Notes: a model not told the origin generated them from the sequence alone. Counted from the stretch's first letter, positions 54,752-63,945 are shown. The stretch: DNA of 64,000 nt from Gammaproteobacteria bacterium (GCA_965221695.1 OZ244905.1:2688001-2752000); one strand, 5' to 3'. Made by a program: numbers and translations.

Positions 54752-56487
54752 CAGCAATACGAGCATTGATGTTGTGTGCGCTTCTGGTGTACCTGCCGGC
54801 AGGCAACAGCCAGACGACCGGTGATGACGCAGAAGCGCCGGCTGTTTCCTCTGCCACTGCACCCGCTGTGCCTGCTGATACGCCCGTGACAACGGAGGAC
54901 CCAGCGCAAATAGCCGCCCCCTCAGCGGATACAGCCACGGCGATTGCCGCGGTTGTGCAGGTTCCCGAACCCGTAGATTTCAGTGCGGTGCGGCCCCACC
55001 TGGTGGTCATAAGAGAAGGGATGGACGCCGCCGCACGTCGCACGCCGGGATTCAGCATCAGCGACCAGGGCCATATCCTGACTTATTCCGGAGAATTACG
55101 CGCCCGGGAGTACTACCTTGTCTCGGTTGCAGGCGGTCAGGTCTTTACTGCTGCGCTGCTTGATGAAGATGAAGACACCGGCCTCATGCTACTGAGGATC
55201 GCAGGAGAAGGGCACGGCCTCACCGCCCTGAAGTTTGCCAGAACGACGCTGGAAGCCGCGGTGCCGCTCTATGCAGTACGGTTCGACCCGGTGCGGGCGG
55301 AGCCGTTCGTGCCCGTTCCCGGCACGGTCACGCGGTTGCCTGCAACGGATGAGGAGACACCGGCAATCGTGCATAATGCCCTGTTCAATACGGCGGCCGC
55401 CGGGACGCCCTTGTTCAACCGTTGTTACCAGGCGGTCGGTGTCAGCGTGCTGCAAAGGAAGGGCTTCCCGCCGAGAACTCTCGATCCCCAACAACAGGGT
55501 AGCGCCATCTCCCTGGCGGCCTACTCGTTGAGCGTGATCCTGGCGTCGGCCAACCTGACCCTGCCCATCGCTGAGGCGGAGTGCCAGAGTGCGGAGGAGG
55601 AGGCGCGACTGCGGCTGGAACAACTTCAGCAGGAAAAAGAGGCGGAGCGGGCAAATGCCGAAGCCCTGGCCCTTGCCGCCGCGGAGGAAGCGCTGCGCAG
55701 GGAGGCGGTAATGAACCTGGAGCGGGAAGCAGCGCAACAGCAGCTTGAACAGGCGCGCCAAGAGAAAGAAGCGGCCCTGCAGGCGGAGCGGGCAAGTGCC
55801 GAAGCCGATAAGCGCCGTTTGGAAGAAGAAGCGCAGCAACAACTTGAACAGGCGCAGCAGGAGAAGGAACAGGCCCTGCAGGCACAACAGCAGGAGAATG
55901 AACAGGCTCTGCAGGTGGAGCGGCAGGAGACCGAACAGGCCCGGCGGGAAGCCCGGCAGGCGACGCATACGGGGAAACAGATCCTGCTGTTATCGCTAGC
56001 GGTCGTCTTCGTCCTGGCGCTGGTCTTCTTCCTGGTCCTGCGCGCCAGGCGTAAACACCTGCAACGCGTGGAACAGGAAAAACAGCAGTTCGCCCAGGAC
56101 CTGGACAGGGCAGAGGCAGACCTGTCAGACGCCTCCGAGAGGGAGCAGCTACGCGCCGGCGCCCCCGACGTGTTTATCGAGGGTGTCACGCCGCAGAACG
56201 AGCGCATCGCCCTGAAAATACCCGGCGCCTCACTGGTCAAACCCTCAGGTGTCACGGTAGGCAGGAGTCCCTCCGAATCCGAGTTCGTCATCAATCACGA
56301 ACAGGTCTCCCGCCGCCATTTCCGCCTCATGCTGGTGTCTGGGCAGGTGATGATCGAAGATATGGGCTCGACCAATGGGACCGTCGTGAACGGCGTGCCC
56401 CTCAGTCCCGGCGCCCGGCAGACGCTGGGCGACGGCAGCCGCATGCAGGTCGGGCGCGTGACGATGACGGTGCGGATAGGTCTCTGA
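54748..56487 (+). CDS. membrane protein: signal peptide, degenerate trypsin-like domain, coiled coil, TM, FHA
   Basis: GF.IS..GHILT, LLRI, H.A..N....G.PLFNRC..AVGV; Q/E-rich coil; TM ILLLSLAVVFVLALVFFLV; VGR...VSRRH...DMGSTNGT. Confidence 0.82.
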   Translation: MTAIRALMLCALLVYLPAGNSQTTGDDAEAPAVSSATAPAVPADTPVTTEDPAQIAAPSADTATAIAAVVQVPEPVDFSAVRPHLVVIREGMDAAARRTPGFSISDQGHILTYSGELRAREYYLVSVAGGQVFTAALLDEDEDTGLMLLRIAGEGHGLTALKFARTTLEAAVPLYAVRFDPVRAEPFVPVPGTVTRLPATDEETPAIVHNALFNTAAAGTPLFNRCYQAVGVSVLQRKGFPPRTLDPQQQGSAISLAAYSLSVILASANLTLPIAEAECQSAEEEARLRLEQLQQEKEAERANAEALALAAAEEALRREAVMNLEREAAQQQLEQARQEKEAALQAERASAEADKRRLEEEAQQQLEQAQQEKEQALQAQQQENEQALQVERQETEQARREARQATHTGKQILLLSLAVVFVLALVFFLVLRARRKHLQRVEQEKQQFAQDLDRAEADLSDASEREQLRAGAPDVFIEGVTPQNERIALKIPGASLVKPSGVTVGRSPSESEFVINHEQVSRRHFRLMLVSGQVMIEDMGSTNGTVVNGVPLSPGARQTLGDGSRMQVGRVTMTVRIGL

Positions 56488-57201
56488 ATGAACCGTTCAT
56501 TGTGGTGCGGTTTGATATTTCTCAGCCTCTGGGGTCTGAGTTACCAGGGTGGCGCGGATATTGATGACCAGGAAGAACATTTCAGGGAGGAGCAGGGGGC
56601 GCAACAGGATCAGGAAGCCGCGCGACGGGAACGCAAGCGTGCCCGACAGGCAGAACAGGAGGCGCTCCGGCAACAGGAAGCGGCGCGCCAGCGCGTGGTT
56701 CAGCAAAATCTGTTCGTAACCTTGCTGGCTCTGTTGACCCTGCTGGCCTTGATACTGGCCTTGAGAAAACCCCGGCAGGCCATTGTTTGGGCCGCCGGCC
56801 ACGCAATCGAACCACTCAGTCGGCGCTTCAAACCGGCAGGGCGCTTGCCCGCGCCGGGCGCAGCCCGCGCCGGGACGGCAAACGTCGTACTTACGGGCTT
56901 TGACAGCCGGGGCAAACCGGTGAATATCCCGTTGCCGGAGGAGGAACTGGATCGGAAACGGGGCGGTTTCACCCTGGGGCGCCATCACCTGCTGGTCGAT
57001 ACGGCGCTGGACGATGACCGGATATCGAAGCGCCATGCCCGGTTCACCCGCAACGGTCACGGCTATTTTATCGAAGACCTCAATTCGAGAAACGGCACTG
57101 TGATCAACGGTGAGCAACCCTGCGCGCCGTTCAAACCCATGCGAATCAGGCCCGGCGACACGGTGCGGCTAGGCGGCATGGAGTTGCTCGTATCGGCCTG
57201 A
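56488..57201 (+). CDS. membrane protein: signal peptide, short coil, TM, FHA
   Basis: TM LFVTLLALLTLLALILAL; LGR...ISKRHARF...EDLNSRNGT. Confidence 0.85.
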   Translation: MNRSLWCGLIFLSLWGLSYQGGADIDDQEEHFREEQGAQQDQEAARRERKRARQAEQEALRQQEAARQRVVQQNLFVTLLALLTLLALILALRKPRQAIVWAAGHAIEPLSRRFKPAGRLPAPGAARAGTANVVLTGFDSRGKPVNIPLPEEELDRKRGGFTLGRHHLLVDTALDDDRISKRHARFTRNGHGYFIEDLNSRNGTVINGEQPCAPFKPMRIRPGDTVRLGGMELLVSA

Positions 57202-57214
57202 TTCGGAAGCGCCC

Positions 57215-58018
57215 GTGAGGCTACGCAGCAAGGAGATCAATGTCTTCAACATGTCCGCGCTGGACCTGTTCGCCTCCGCGCTGGGTGCGTTTATCCTTAT
57301 TTCCGTGGTCTTGTTTCCCTATTTTCCCAACACCGGCGATTCCCAGGAACGGGTGGACGAGGTCAAGGCGCAACTGGCTGAGGCCAATGCGCGATTGGAG
57401 GAAACCAGCGCCGAACTGGAGCAGGTCCGCGCCCGGTTGAACCCCGCCCTGGAACAAGAACTGCAGGTCGCACGAGAACAACTCGGCGCGTGCCAGGCCC
57501 GACTCCGGGAGGCAGAGGCCGCGCTAAACGCCTGCCAGGTTGAACAGCGAGAAGTTGCATCATTGGATTCCGCGCTGGGCGCCTGCGAGAACCGCAACCG
57601 GCAGATGCAACAGGAACTGCAATCCTGCGAGAATGAATTGCGCAAGAAATTCGTGCTGGTCGTGATCAGCTGGGGCACGCCGGACGATATCGACCTGCAC
57701 GTGATCGATCCGCAAGGCCGGGAGTTCTTCTACGGGCGCAAACACATCCCCGGTTCCCTGGCAAAACTGGAAGAGGACAACACCAGAGGTCCCGGCAATG
57801 AGATCTGGCTGCACCCGGCCGCGGAGCCGGGCGCCTACGAGGTTTACTACAAATATTACGATGGATCAACCGGCAACGTGCAGGTGCGCGGCGCGGCGCT
57901 GACGCCCCGCGGCAGGACGGAGTTGCCGGACATCACTCTGCGGTACGTGGGTGAGAAGCCCCTGGTGGCAACCATTTTCGTCAATGAGGATGGCAACGCT
58001 GAGGTGAGGGCATGGTAA
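57215..58018 (+). CDS. single-pass ExbD/MotB-like partner with Cys-containing coiled coil and DUF2135/YfaP-like C-terminal domain
   Basis: EINVFNMSALDLFASALGAFILI (Asp in TM); LxxC heptads; ISW...DDIDLHVIDP, D.TRGPG.E. Confidence 0.65.
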   Translation: MRLRSKEINVFNMSALDLFASALGAFILISVVLFPYFPNTGDSQERVDEVKAQLAEANARLEETSAELEQVRARLNPALEQELQVAREQLGACQARLREAEAALNACQVEQREVASLDSALGACENRNRQMQQELQSCENELRKKFVLVVISWGTPDDIDLHVIDPQGREFFYGRKHIPGSLAKLEEDNTRGPGNEIWLHPAAEPGAYEVYYKYYDGSTGNVQVRGAALTPRGRTELPDITLRYVGEKPLVATIFVNEDGNAEVRAW

Positions 58019-58149
58019 CGCGGCGGGAGGGGAATTTTCCGCATTGACACGATTTCCCAGGCCCCCTTAGAATACGGTTTAACCGGTGACACAATTTAAT
58101 TCTGTCACCGGATTTACGGGGCAAACATAACAAACAAAGACGGCCTTCC

Positions 58150-60756
58150 ATGAACTCCGACCACCTGCATGCCCTACCGCCCGGCACGCGCCTTGAAGAA
58201 TTTCGGCTGGAGGCGCAGGTGGGCGCCGGCGGGTTCAGCATCACCTATCGGGCCTATGACGAATTACTGGACAAGGTGGTGGCCGTCAAGGAATACCTGC
58301 CGCGGGATTTCGCCACCCGCACCGCCGGCAATACAGTGGCGCCCATATCCGATGCGGACGCCCGGGATTACCAGTGGGGCCTGACCCGGTTCCTGGACGA
58401 GGCCCGCACGCTGGCCAGGTTCGACCATCCGCATCTCAACAAGGTGCGTCGTTTCTTCGAGGCCAACGGCACGGCCTACATGGCGCTGGAGCATATCCAT
58501 GGCGAGACCCTGGCTACCCGGTTAAGCCGCGAGCGGCGCTTGCCGGAAACGGACCTGCTGCGCCTGCTGGAGGAAGTGTTATCGGGACTTGCTGTGATTC
58601 ACGAGGCTGGCTACGTGCACCGGGACATCAAACCGGGCAACCTGATGCTGCGCGAGGAAGACGACAGCATAGTGCTGCTGGACTTCGGCGCCGCGCGCCA
58701 GGCAGTGGGCCAGAGTTCCAAGTCAATCACCAGCATCCTGACACCGGGCTATGCCCCGATAGAGCAGTACGAAAGCAAAGCGGACGCCGTCGGACCGTGG
58801 AGTGATATCTATGCATTGGGGATGGTGGCGTACAAGTGCATCAGCGGCGCGGGTGACGGGGAGTTGCCCGATGCCGTGACCCGGGCCCGCTCCCAACGCA
58901 AAGGGGGTAAGGACCTGGCGATGGCGGCGGAGGTGGGCCAGAGCAGGTACAGTGCGAAGCTGCTGGCGGCGATAGACTGGGCCATCGAGGTGGATGAGGA
59001 GTCCCGGCCGCAGGGGGTGGGTGAGTGGAGTGAGGCGCTGGTGGGGAGCGGGAGCAAGCAACGAGCCGCCAAACCGGCGCCTAATACAACGGCACGGTCT
59101 GCAAAGGCTCCGGCCACCGAGCGCCAGGGTATGAATTGGTACAGCATGGCCCTGACCGCGGTGATAGTGGTGTTACTGGGAGCGAGCGCCTGGCAGGGCT
59201 GGCGGCTGTATCAGGGGATGCCCGGGCTTGGCGTAGACGGCGCCGCCACGGCAGTTGAGTCGCAGGCAAACGCACAGGGCAAAGCAGAGTTAGCAGCAGA
59301 ACCCTATGCACAAACACCAACGGTAACGCCAGAACAAGGCTCCGGGCCTGACGCGCCCACACTGGCCGCGCCGGTTGAGGAAGACGAAGTCGCCCGGCTG
59401 CTGGCTGCAGCCGAAGCCGACTTGGAGGCAAGACGCCTGACCAGTCCGCAGGGGAACAACGCCTGGGAGAAGTACCGGCGGGTATTGGGTTTATCCTCCG
59501 CGCACCCCGAGGCCATAGCGGGGATGGAGCGGGTGATCGGGAGTTACATGGACCTGTTCGGCGCTGTTCTGGAGCAGGAGGATTTTGACCAGGCGGAGGG
59601 GTATCTCTCACGCATCCGCGACCTGCACCCGGATTCGCCACTCTTGTTGACGGGGAAAGAACGTTTGGAACAAGCCCGGCAGGCTCATGTCGAGCGGTTG
59701 GCGGAAGAAGAGCGCCTGCGCCAGGCCGAGGAAGCGGCGCGCCAGGCGGAACAGGAGCGCCAGCGAATAGCACAGGAAATCGAGAGACACTGGCAGTCCT
59801 TTGAGACGGCAATGCAGCAAGACAAATTGGACCGGGCGGAAGACAGTCTCAACCTCGTGCGGGAGTTGGACTCGGACGCGCCGGGGTTAGCGGATGCGGA
59901 ACGACGCCTGTCACAGGCGCGGGAAGCATCCCGGCAGAAGGCGCTGCAGTATGCCGGTGAGATGGTCTCCATCCCTGCCGGCAGTTTCCGCATGGGGGAC
60001 CTGACAGGCGCTGACGCTGAGAAACCGGTCCACAGTGTGCGAGTCGCGGCCTTCAGCATGGGCAAGTATGAGGTAACGGTGGGCCAGTTCCAGCGGTTTG
60101 TGGAGGCGACGGGGTACCTCACGGATGCGGAGCGTTATACGGACGGCAAAGCAGGTTGTTCTGTCTATACAACAAAAAGATGGAAGTACACCGAGGGCAA
60201 GAGTTGGCGCAATCCGGGGTTTTCAGTCGGAGACAAGCACCCGGTGGTGTGCGTGAACTGGAATGATGTGCAGGCGTTCGTGAAGTGGCTGAACGGCAAT
60301 ACCGATGGGGATTTCCGCTTGCCGACCGAGGCGGAGTGGGAGTATGCGGTGCGCGCCGGGAGCAGTACGAAGTATCATTTCGGCAATGATGAGTCACAAC
60401 TGTGCCGGTTTGCCAGCCATGCGGACAGCGGGACGGATATTGATTGGAAAAACAAGTCCTGCTCGGACGGTGTGGGCGAACGCACCGCCGAAGTGGGCCG
60501 TTACCAGCCGAACAGTTTCGGGCTGTATGACATGCACGGCAATGTCTGGGAGTGGGTGACAGATTGCTGGAATGAGAGTTATGTGGGCGCCCCGACAGAC
60601 GGTAGCGCCTGGACGAATGGGGACTGCAGCCGGCGCGTCATTCGGGGCGGGGCCTGGGACAGCTCACCGTGGAACCTGCGTTCCGCGCACCGTTACGGGA
60701 GCTCCCGTTCGAATCACAGCTCTTATCTGGGCTTTCGCTTGGCCCGGGACAACTGA
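58150..60756 (+). CDS. Ser/Thr kinase-TM-helical linker-FGE-sulfatase (SUMF1) domain fusion
   Basis: GAGGFS, VAVKEY, HRDIKPGN, DFG, TPGYAPIEQ; TM; F.MG, EVT..QF, HPVV.V.W.D, RLPTEAEWEYA.RAG, GLYDMHGNVWEW, RGGAW, GFR. Confidence 0.93.
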   Translation: MNSDHLHALPPGTRLEEFRLEAQVGAGGFSITYRAYDELLDKVVAVKEYLPRDFATRTAGNTVAPISDADARDYQWGLTRFLDEARTLARFDHPHLNKVRRFFEANGTAYMALEHIHGETLATRLSRERRLPETDLLRLLEEVLSGLAVIHEAGYVHRDIKPGNLMLREEDDSIVLLDFGAARQAVGQSSKSITSILTPGYAPIEQYESKADAVGPWSDIYALGMVAYKCISGAGDGELPDAVTRARSQRKGGKDLAMAAEVGQSRYSAKLLAAIDWAIEVDEESRPQGVGEWSEALVGSGSKQRAAKPAPNTTARSAKAPATERQGMNWYSMALTAVIVVLLGASAWQGWRLYQGMPGLGVDGAATAVESQANAQGKAELAAEPYAQTPTVTPEQGSGPDAPTLAAPVEEDEVARLLAAAEADLEARRLTSPQGNNAWEKYRRVLGLSSAHPEAIAGMERVIGSYMDLFGAVLEQEDFDQAEGYLSRIRDLHPDSPLLLTGKERLEQARQAHVERLAEEERLRQAEEAARQAEQERQRIAQEIERHWQSFETAMQQDKLDRAEDSLNLVRELDSDAPGLADAERRLSQAREASRQKALQYAGEMVSIPAGSFRMGDLTGADAEKPVHSVRVAAFSMGKYEVTVGQFQRFVEATGYLTDAERYTDGKAGCSVYTTKRWKYTEGKSWRNPGFSVGDKHPVVCVNWNDVQAFVKWLNGNTDGDFRLPTEAEWEYAVRAGSSTKYHFGNDESQLCRFASHADSGTDIDWKNKSCSDGVGERTAEVGRYQPNSFGLYDMHGNVWEWVTDCWNESYVGAPTDGSAWTNGDCSRRVIRGGAWDSSPWNLRSAHRYGSSRSNHSSYLGFRLARDN

Positions 60757-60846
60757 AACGAAGGCATTATAAAGACTCTATACACAGGACTATCCGGCTG
60801 GATTCCCTTTTCCCCTTCTATCTCATCGGCAATCGCCTGGCGAACT

Positions 60847-62472
60847 TCACCGCATCGATTTTTGCAGTACCGAGAAGTTTCTTACCCAAGGCTCTAGTTT
60901 GCGTATTTCATCGGGCAAATCATCTATAGCTCTTTCGGCAAGCTCATAGTCATGGTACAGACCATAAAACACGCGATAGTAAGTTATCTGCTCGATCTCG
61001 ATCCTGATATAGGCAATCTGCTGTGTCAGGTTATTCTGTTTGAGGAAATTTAGCACACGTTCTTCACTGGAAAAGCTGGCCAGTTGCAAAGTGTAGTGAT
61101 ACGGAGATTGTGCGGCGACCCAGTCTTCCCGCCTGATAGCGGTCTCACCGGCGTCAGAGGCATCCTCGCCAGCCAACTCATCTTCATCGGAAATGACCTC
61201 GCTGGTGGTCGCAACCAGATCGGAAATGGCCTCTGGTACAGCCGCAATGTATTCCGCTGTCGCTGGTACAGGGCTGGTGTCCGCGGTCTCTGCAACAGTC
61301 TCCGGCGTTTCCTCCTCCGCGGCGTTCAGCGCGATCTCGGCGGTGTCCTCATCCGTCTGAGCAGCTACGATGGTCGGCGTTTCTTCGACAGCAGGCGCTG
61401 TGTCTTCTGCTTCAGTTGCCTCAGCAGCAGTTTGAGCAAGGCTGGTCTCCGCGGTCTCTGCAACGATCTCCGGCGCTTCCTTCTCCGCATCGAACAGTGC
61501 GGTCTCGGCTGTGTCTTCGTCCGACTGAGCGGCTATGGTCGGCGCTTCCTCCTGCGTGACGCTCAGTGCGGTCTCGGCAGCGTCCTCATCCGGCTGAGCA
61601 GCTATAATCGGTGTTTCCTCGACGGCAGGTACCGTATCTTCTTCAGTTGCCTGCGCAAAGGGTTCTGTTGTTTCCTGCATTGCAGGCGCTTGCGATACGG
61701 TCGTGTCCTCTTCAATATCGACATAAGCAAGTCTTTGTAAGCTTTCTTCTGCCTGTTGCAGACCCCCGGCGGCCGCGCGTTGATACCATTTTTTCGCCTC
61801 CACCAGGTCCTTTTCTACCGCGTAACCATTTTCATAGTACACGCCCATGTTGAATTGCGCCTGTGGGACATCGGCGTCAGCGGCTTTTCTGAACCAGAGT
61901 AGCGCTACATCATAGTCCTGGTCGACGCTGTAACCGAAGGCGTACATGACAGCCAGGCTGTATTGCGCATTTCCGTTTCCCTGCTCTGCTGCTTGGCGGA
62001 AAAGCCGGGTGGCTGTTTCATAATCCCGGGTAATCTGCTCACTGCCGTTGAAGTACAAAAGGCCAAGGTTGAACAGCGCATCCGATTGCCCGGCCGCCGC
62101 GGCCAGCTTCCACCATTGCATGACTTTAGACGGGTCTTTTGTGACACCATCACCGTGCAAGTACTTGACGCCGAGCTCGAATTGGGCGTCGGGGTGCCCT
62201 TGATCCGCCGCAAGCAAGTACCATTTTACTGCTTCGGCAGAATCTGCGTTAACGCCATGGCCATAGTCATACATGAGGCCAAGCATTCTTTGCGCATCCG
62301 AGTTGCCGTCCTCAGCCAGTGGTTGCAGTATTTCGTAGGCTTTTTCGTAGTCTTTGGCCAGGTAGGCCTGTCTCGCCGTTTCAAAAGATTGCGCCAGCAC
62401 AGGGCCGGAAAATACCAACCCCAATAACAGGAAAGGAATTAACTTGGTCAGCATAAACCGTATCTTTGACAT
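60847..62472 (-). CDS. exported SEL1-repeat protein with acidic repeat linker and SPOR domain
   Basis: Signal peptide; about five A..LG..Y..G...D...A..W...AA..G repeats; E/A/T-rich repeats; YTLQLAS...YRVFYG.Y...A..A...LP...PWVR. Confidence 0.85.
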   Translation of the reverse strand: MSKIRFMLTKLIPFLLLGLVFSGPVLAQSFETARQAYLAKDYEKAYEILQPLAEDGNSDAQRMLGLMYDYGHGVNADSAEAVKWYLLAADQGHPDAQFELGVKYLHGDGVTKDPSKVMQWWKLAAAAGQSDALFNLGLLYFNGSEQITRDYETATRLFRQAAEQGNGNAQYSLAVMYAFGYSVDQDYDVALLWFRKAADADVPQAQFNMGVYYENGYAVEKDLVEAKKWYQRAAAGGLQQAEESLQRLAYVDIEEDTTVSQAPAMQETTEPFAQATEEDTVPAVEETPIIAAQPDEDAAETALSVTQEEAPTIAAQSDEDTAETALFDAEKEAPEIVAETAETSLAQTAAEATEAEDTAPAVEETPTIVAAQTDEDTAEIALNAAEEETPETVAETADTSPVPATAEYIAAVPEAISDLVATTSEVISDEDELAGEDASDAGETAIRREDWVAAQSPYHYTLQLASFSSEERVLNFLKQNNLTQQIAYIRIEIEQITYYRVFYGLYHDYELAERAIDDLPDEIRKLEPWVRNFSVLQKSMR

Positions 62473-62644
62473 TGTTTATCTCACAGTCATTCTACCTGCT
62501 TCACCATTATGGCAAGGATTTTATAACACGCTACAACAGGTGAATACGTTGCATAGCATATCATTTCTTAGAATAAATGACACTCTCGTCAGGACTGAAA
62601 AATATTCAATCCGTTGAATACCTGACAGCCTCCAAACTCAAATA

Positions 62645-62696
62645 CTGGGAGCGCGGGCGTTCCGCCCGCAGGCAGGCGAGACGCCCGCGCTCCCAG
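62645..62696. repeat. GC-rich palindrome (REP-like/terminator) just after the stop of the minus-strand gene
   Basis: ctgggagcgcgggcgt...acgcccgcgctcccag perfect 16-bp stem. Confidence 0.7.
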
Positions 62697-62697
62697 G

Positions 62698-63903
62698 CTA
62701 GGCCTTGGAAACCCGCACGCTGGCATCGTCCCGTTTGTGCAGGTCCGGCAGCAGGTCAATACCGATCCCCGGGTCCGGGTCCAGCGTGACCATGCCGTTT
62801 TCCACGACCGGCAGTTTGGTCGTCACGTCCTTGTACCAGCCGGTGTACAAGGCCCGGACCGATTCCTGGAATATCGCGTTAACCGCGTTAAGCGACAGGT
62901 GTACGGATGCCGCCCATACCACGGGGCCGGTGCAGTCGTGCGGCGCCACCGGAAGTCCGTAAACCTCGGCCAGGCTGGCAATGTGTTTGGCTTCGGTTAT
63001 GCCGCCGACCCAGCCGATATCCGGCATCGCAAAATCGGTGGCGCGCTGCTCAAACAGGTCCCGATAACCCCAGCGCGTTGCCACCGTCTCACTCGCACAA
63101 ACAGGGATGGATGCGCGCGCGCGAAACTCGGCCAGGTTTTCCAGGCTGTCCGACTTCACGGGGTCTTCAATGAAATAAGGCTGGTACGGTTCCAGCGCAT
63201 GGGAAATAGCGATTGCGGTGGTCAGGTTCCAGAGCGAGTGGCACTCGACCATGATGTCCATCCGGTCGCCCGCGGCGGCGCGGATTTTCTCAAATGGCTC
63301 CAACGCCGCGTCAAGTTCCGCGGCGCTTATTCTGTTGCCCAGGTTGCGTTCTGCGGCGAAGTCGAAAGGCCAGATTTTCATCGCGCTAATGCCTTCCTCC
63401 AGCAGGCTGAGCGCCAGTTCGTCAGCGCGGTTCAGGAACGCGTCCAGGTCTTCATAGGGTCCGTGTTCCGTGCCTATGCCCCAGTTCGATGTCTTCTGCC
63501 CTTCGGTGGAACGGATGTAGGTATAACCGGCGCAGGTATTGTAAACCCGGATGGCATCCCGCGACCTGCCGCCCAGCAAGTCATACAGCGGCTGTCCTGT
63601 AAGCCGGCCCCAGAGGTCCCATAGCGCCATGTCAATCGCGGACAGCGCCCGCATCTCTGCGCCCGTGCTTCTGAAGCCCAGGTAGCCCCGCAGTTGCTTC
63701 CAGTGCAAGTCCCGTTGCAACGGGTTTTTCCCCAGCAGGTATGGCGCAATGGTTTCGTGGATATGCGCCTCGACGGACTCGGCGCCCAGAAAAGTCTCGC
63801 CCAGGCCGTAGACGCCCTGGTCCGAATGTACCTTGACCCAGACCAGGTTGCCGTAGGAACTGAGGCGCAGGGTTTCTATGCGGGTAATTGTGATGTTGTT
63901 CAT
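62698..63903 (-). CDS. mandelate racemase/muconate lactonizing enzyme family (DgoD/RspA-like dehydratase)
   Basis: G.YGLGE, ALSAIDMALWDL.G...GQP.Y.LLGG, K.WPFD, E.H, EDP, SE, PHDCTGPV. Confidence 0.9.
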   Translation of the reverse strand: MNNITITRIETLRLSSYGNLVWVKVHSDQGVYGLGETFLGAESVEAHIHETIAPYLLGKNPLQRDLHWKQLRGYLGFRSTGAEMRALSAIDMALWDLWGRLTGQPLYDLLGGRSRDAIRVYNTCAGYTYIRSTEGQKTSNWGIGTEHGPYEDLDAFLNRADELALSLLEEGISAMKIWPFDFAAERNLGNRISAAELDAALEPFEKIRAAAGDRMDIMVECHSLWNLTTAIAISHALEPYQPYFIEDPVKSDSLENLAEFRARASIPVCASETVATRWGYRDLFEQRATDFAMPDIGWVGGITEAKHIASLAEVYGLPVAPHDCTGPVVWAASVHLSLNAVNAIFQESVRALYTGWYKDVTTKLPVVENGMVTLDPDPGIGIDLLPDLHKRDDASVRVSKA

Positions 63904-63945
63904 AGCGTCGGGTTTCCTTTAATTCAGGTAGGGACGGTTTTACGC

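Noticed and set aside
52083-58018. Canonical Zorya, TonB-ExbBD, Tol-Pal or T6SS locus
   Set aside because: No long ZorA tail, no OmpA-like domain, no ZorC/D/E, no TonB/TolA/TolB and no tss genes in the window.
59950-60756. Complete diversity-generating retroelement
   Set aside because: No reverse transcriptase or template repeat in the window.
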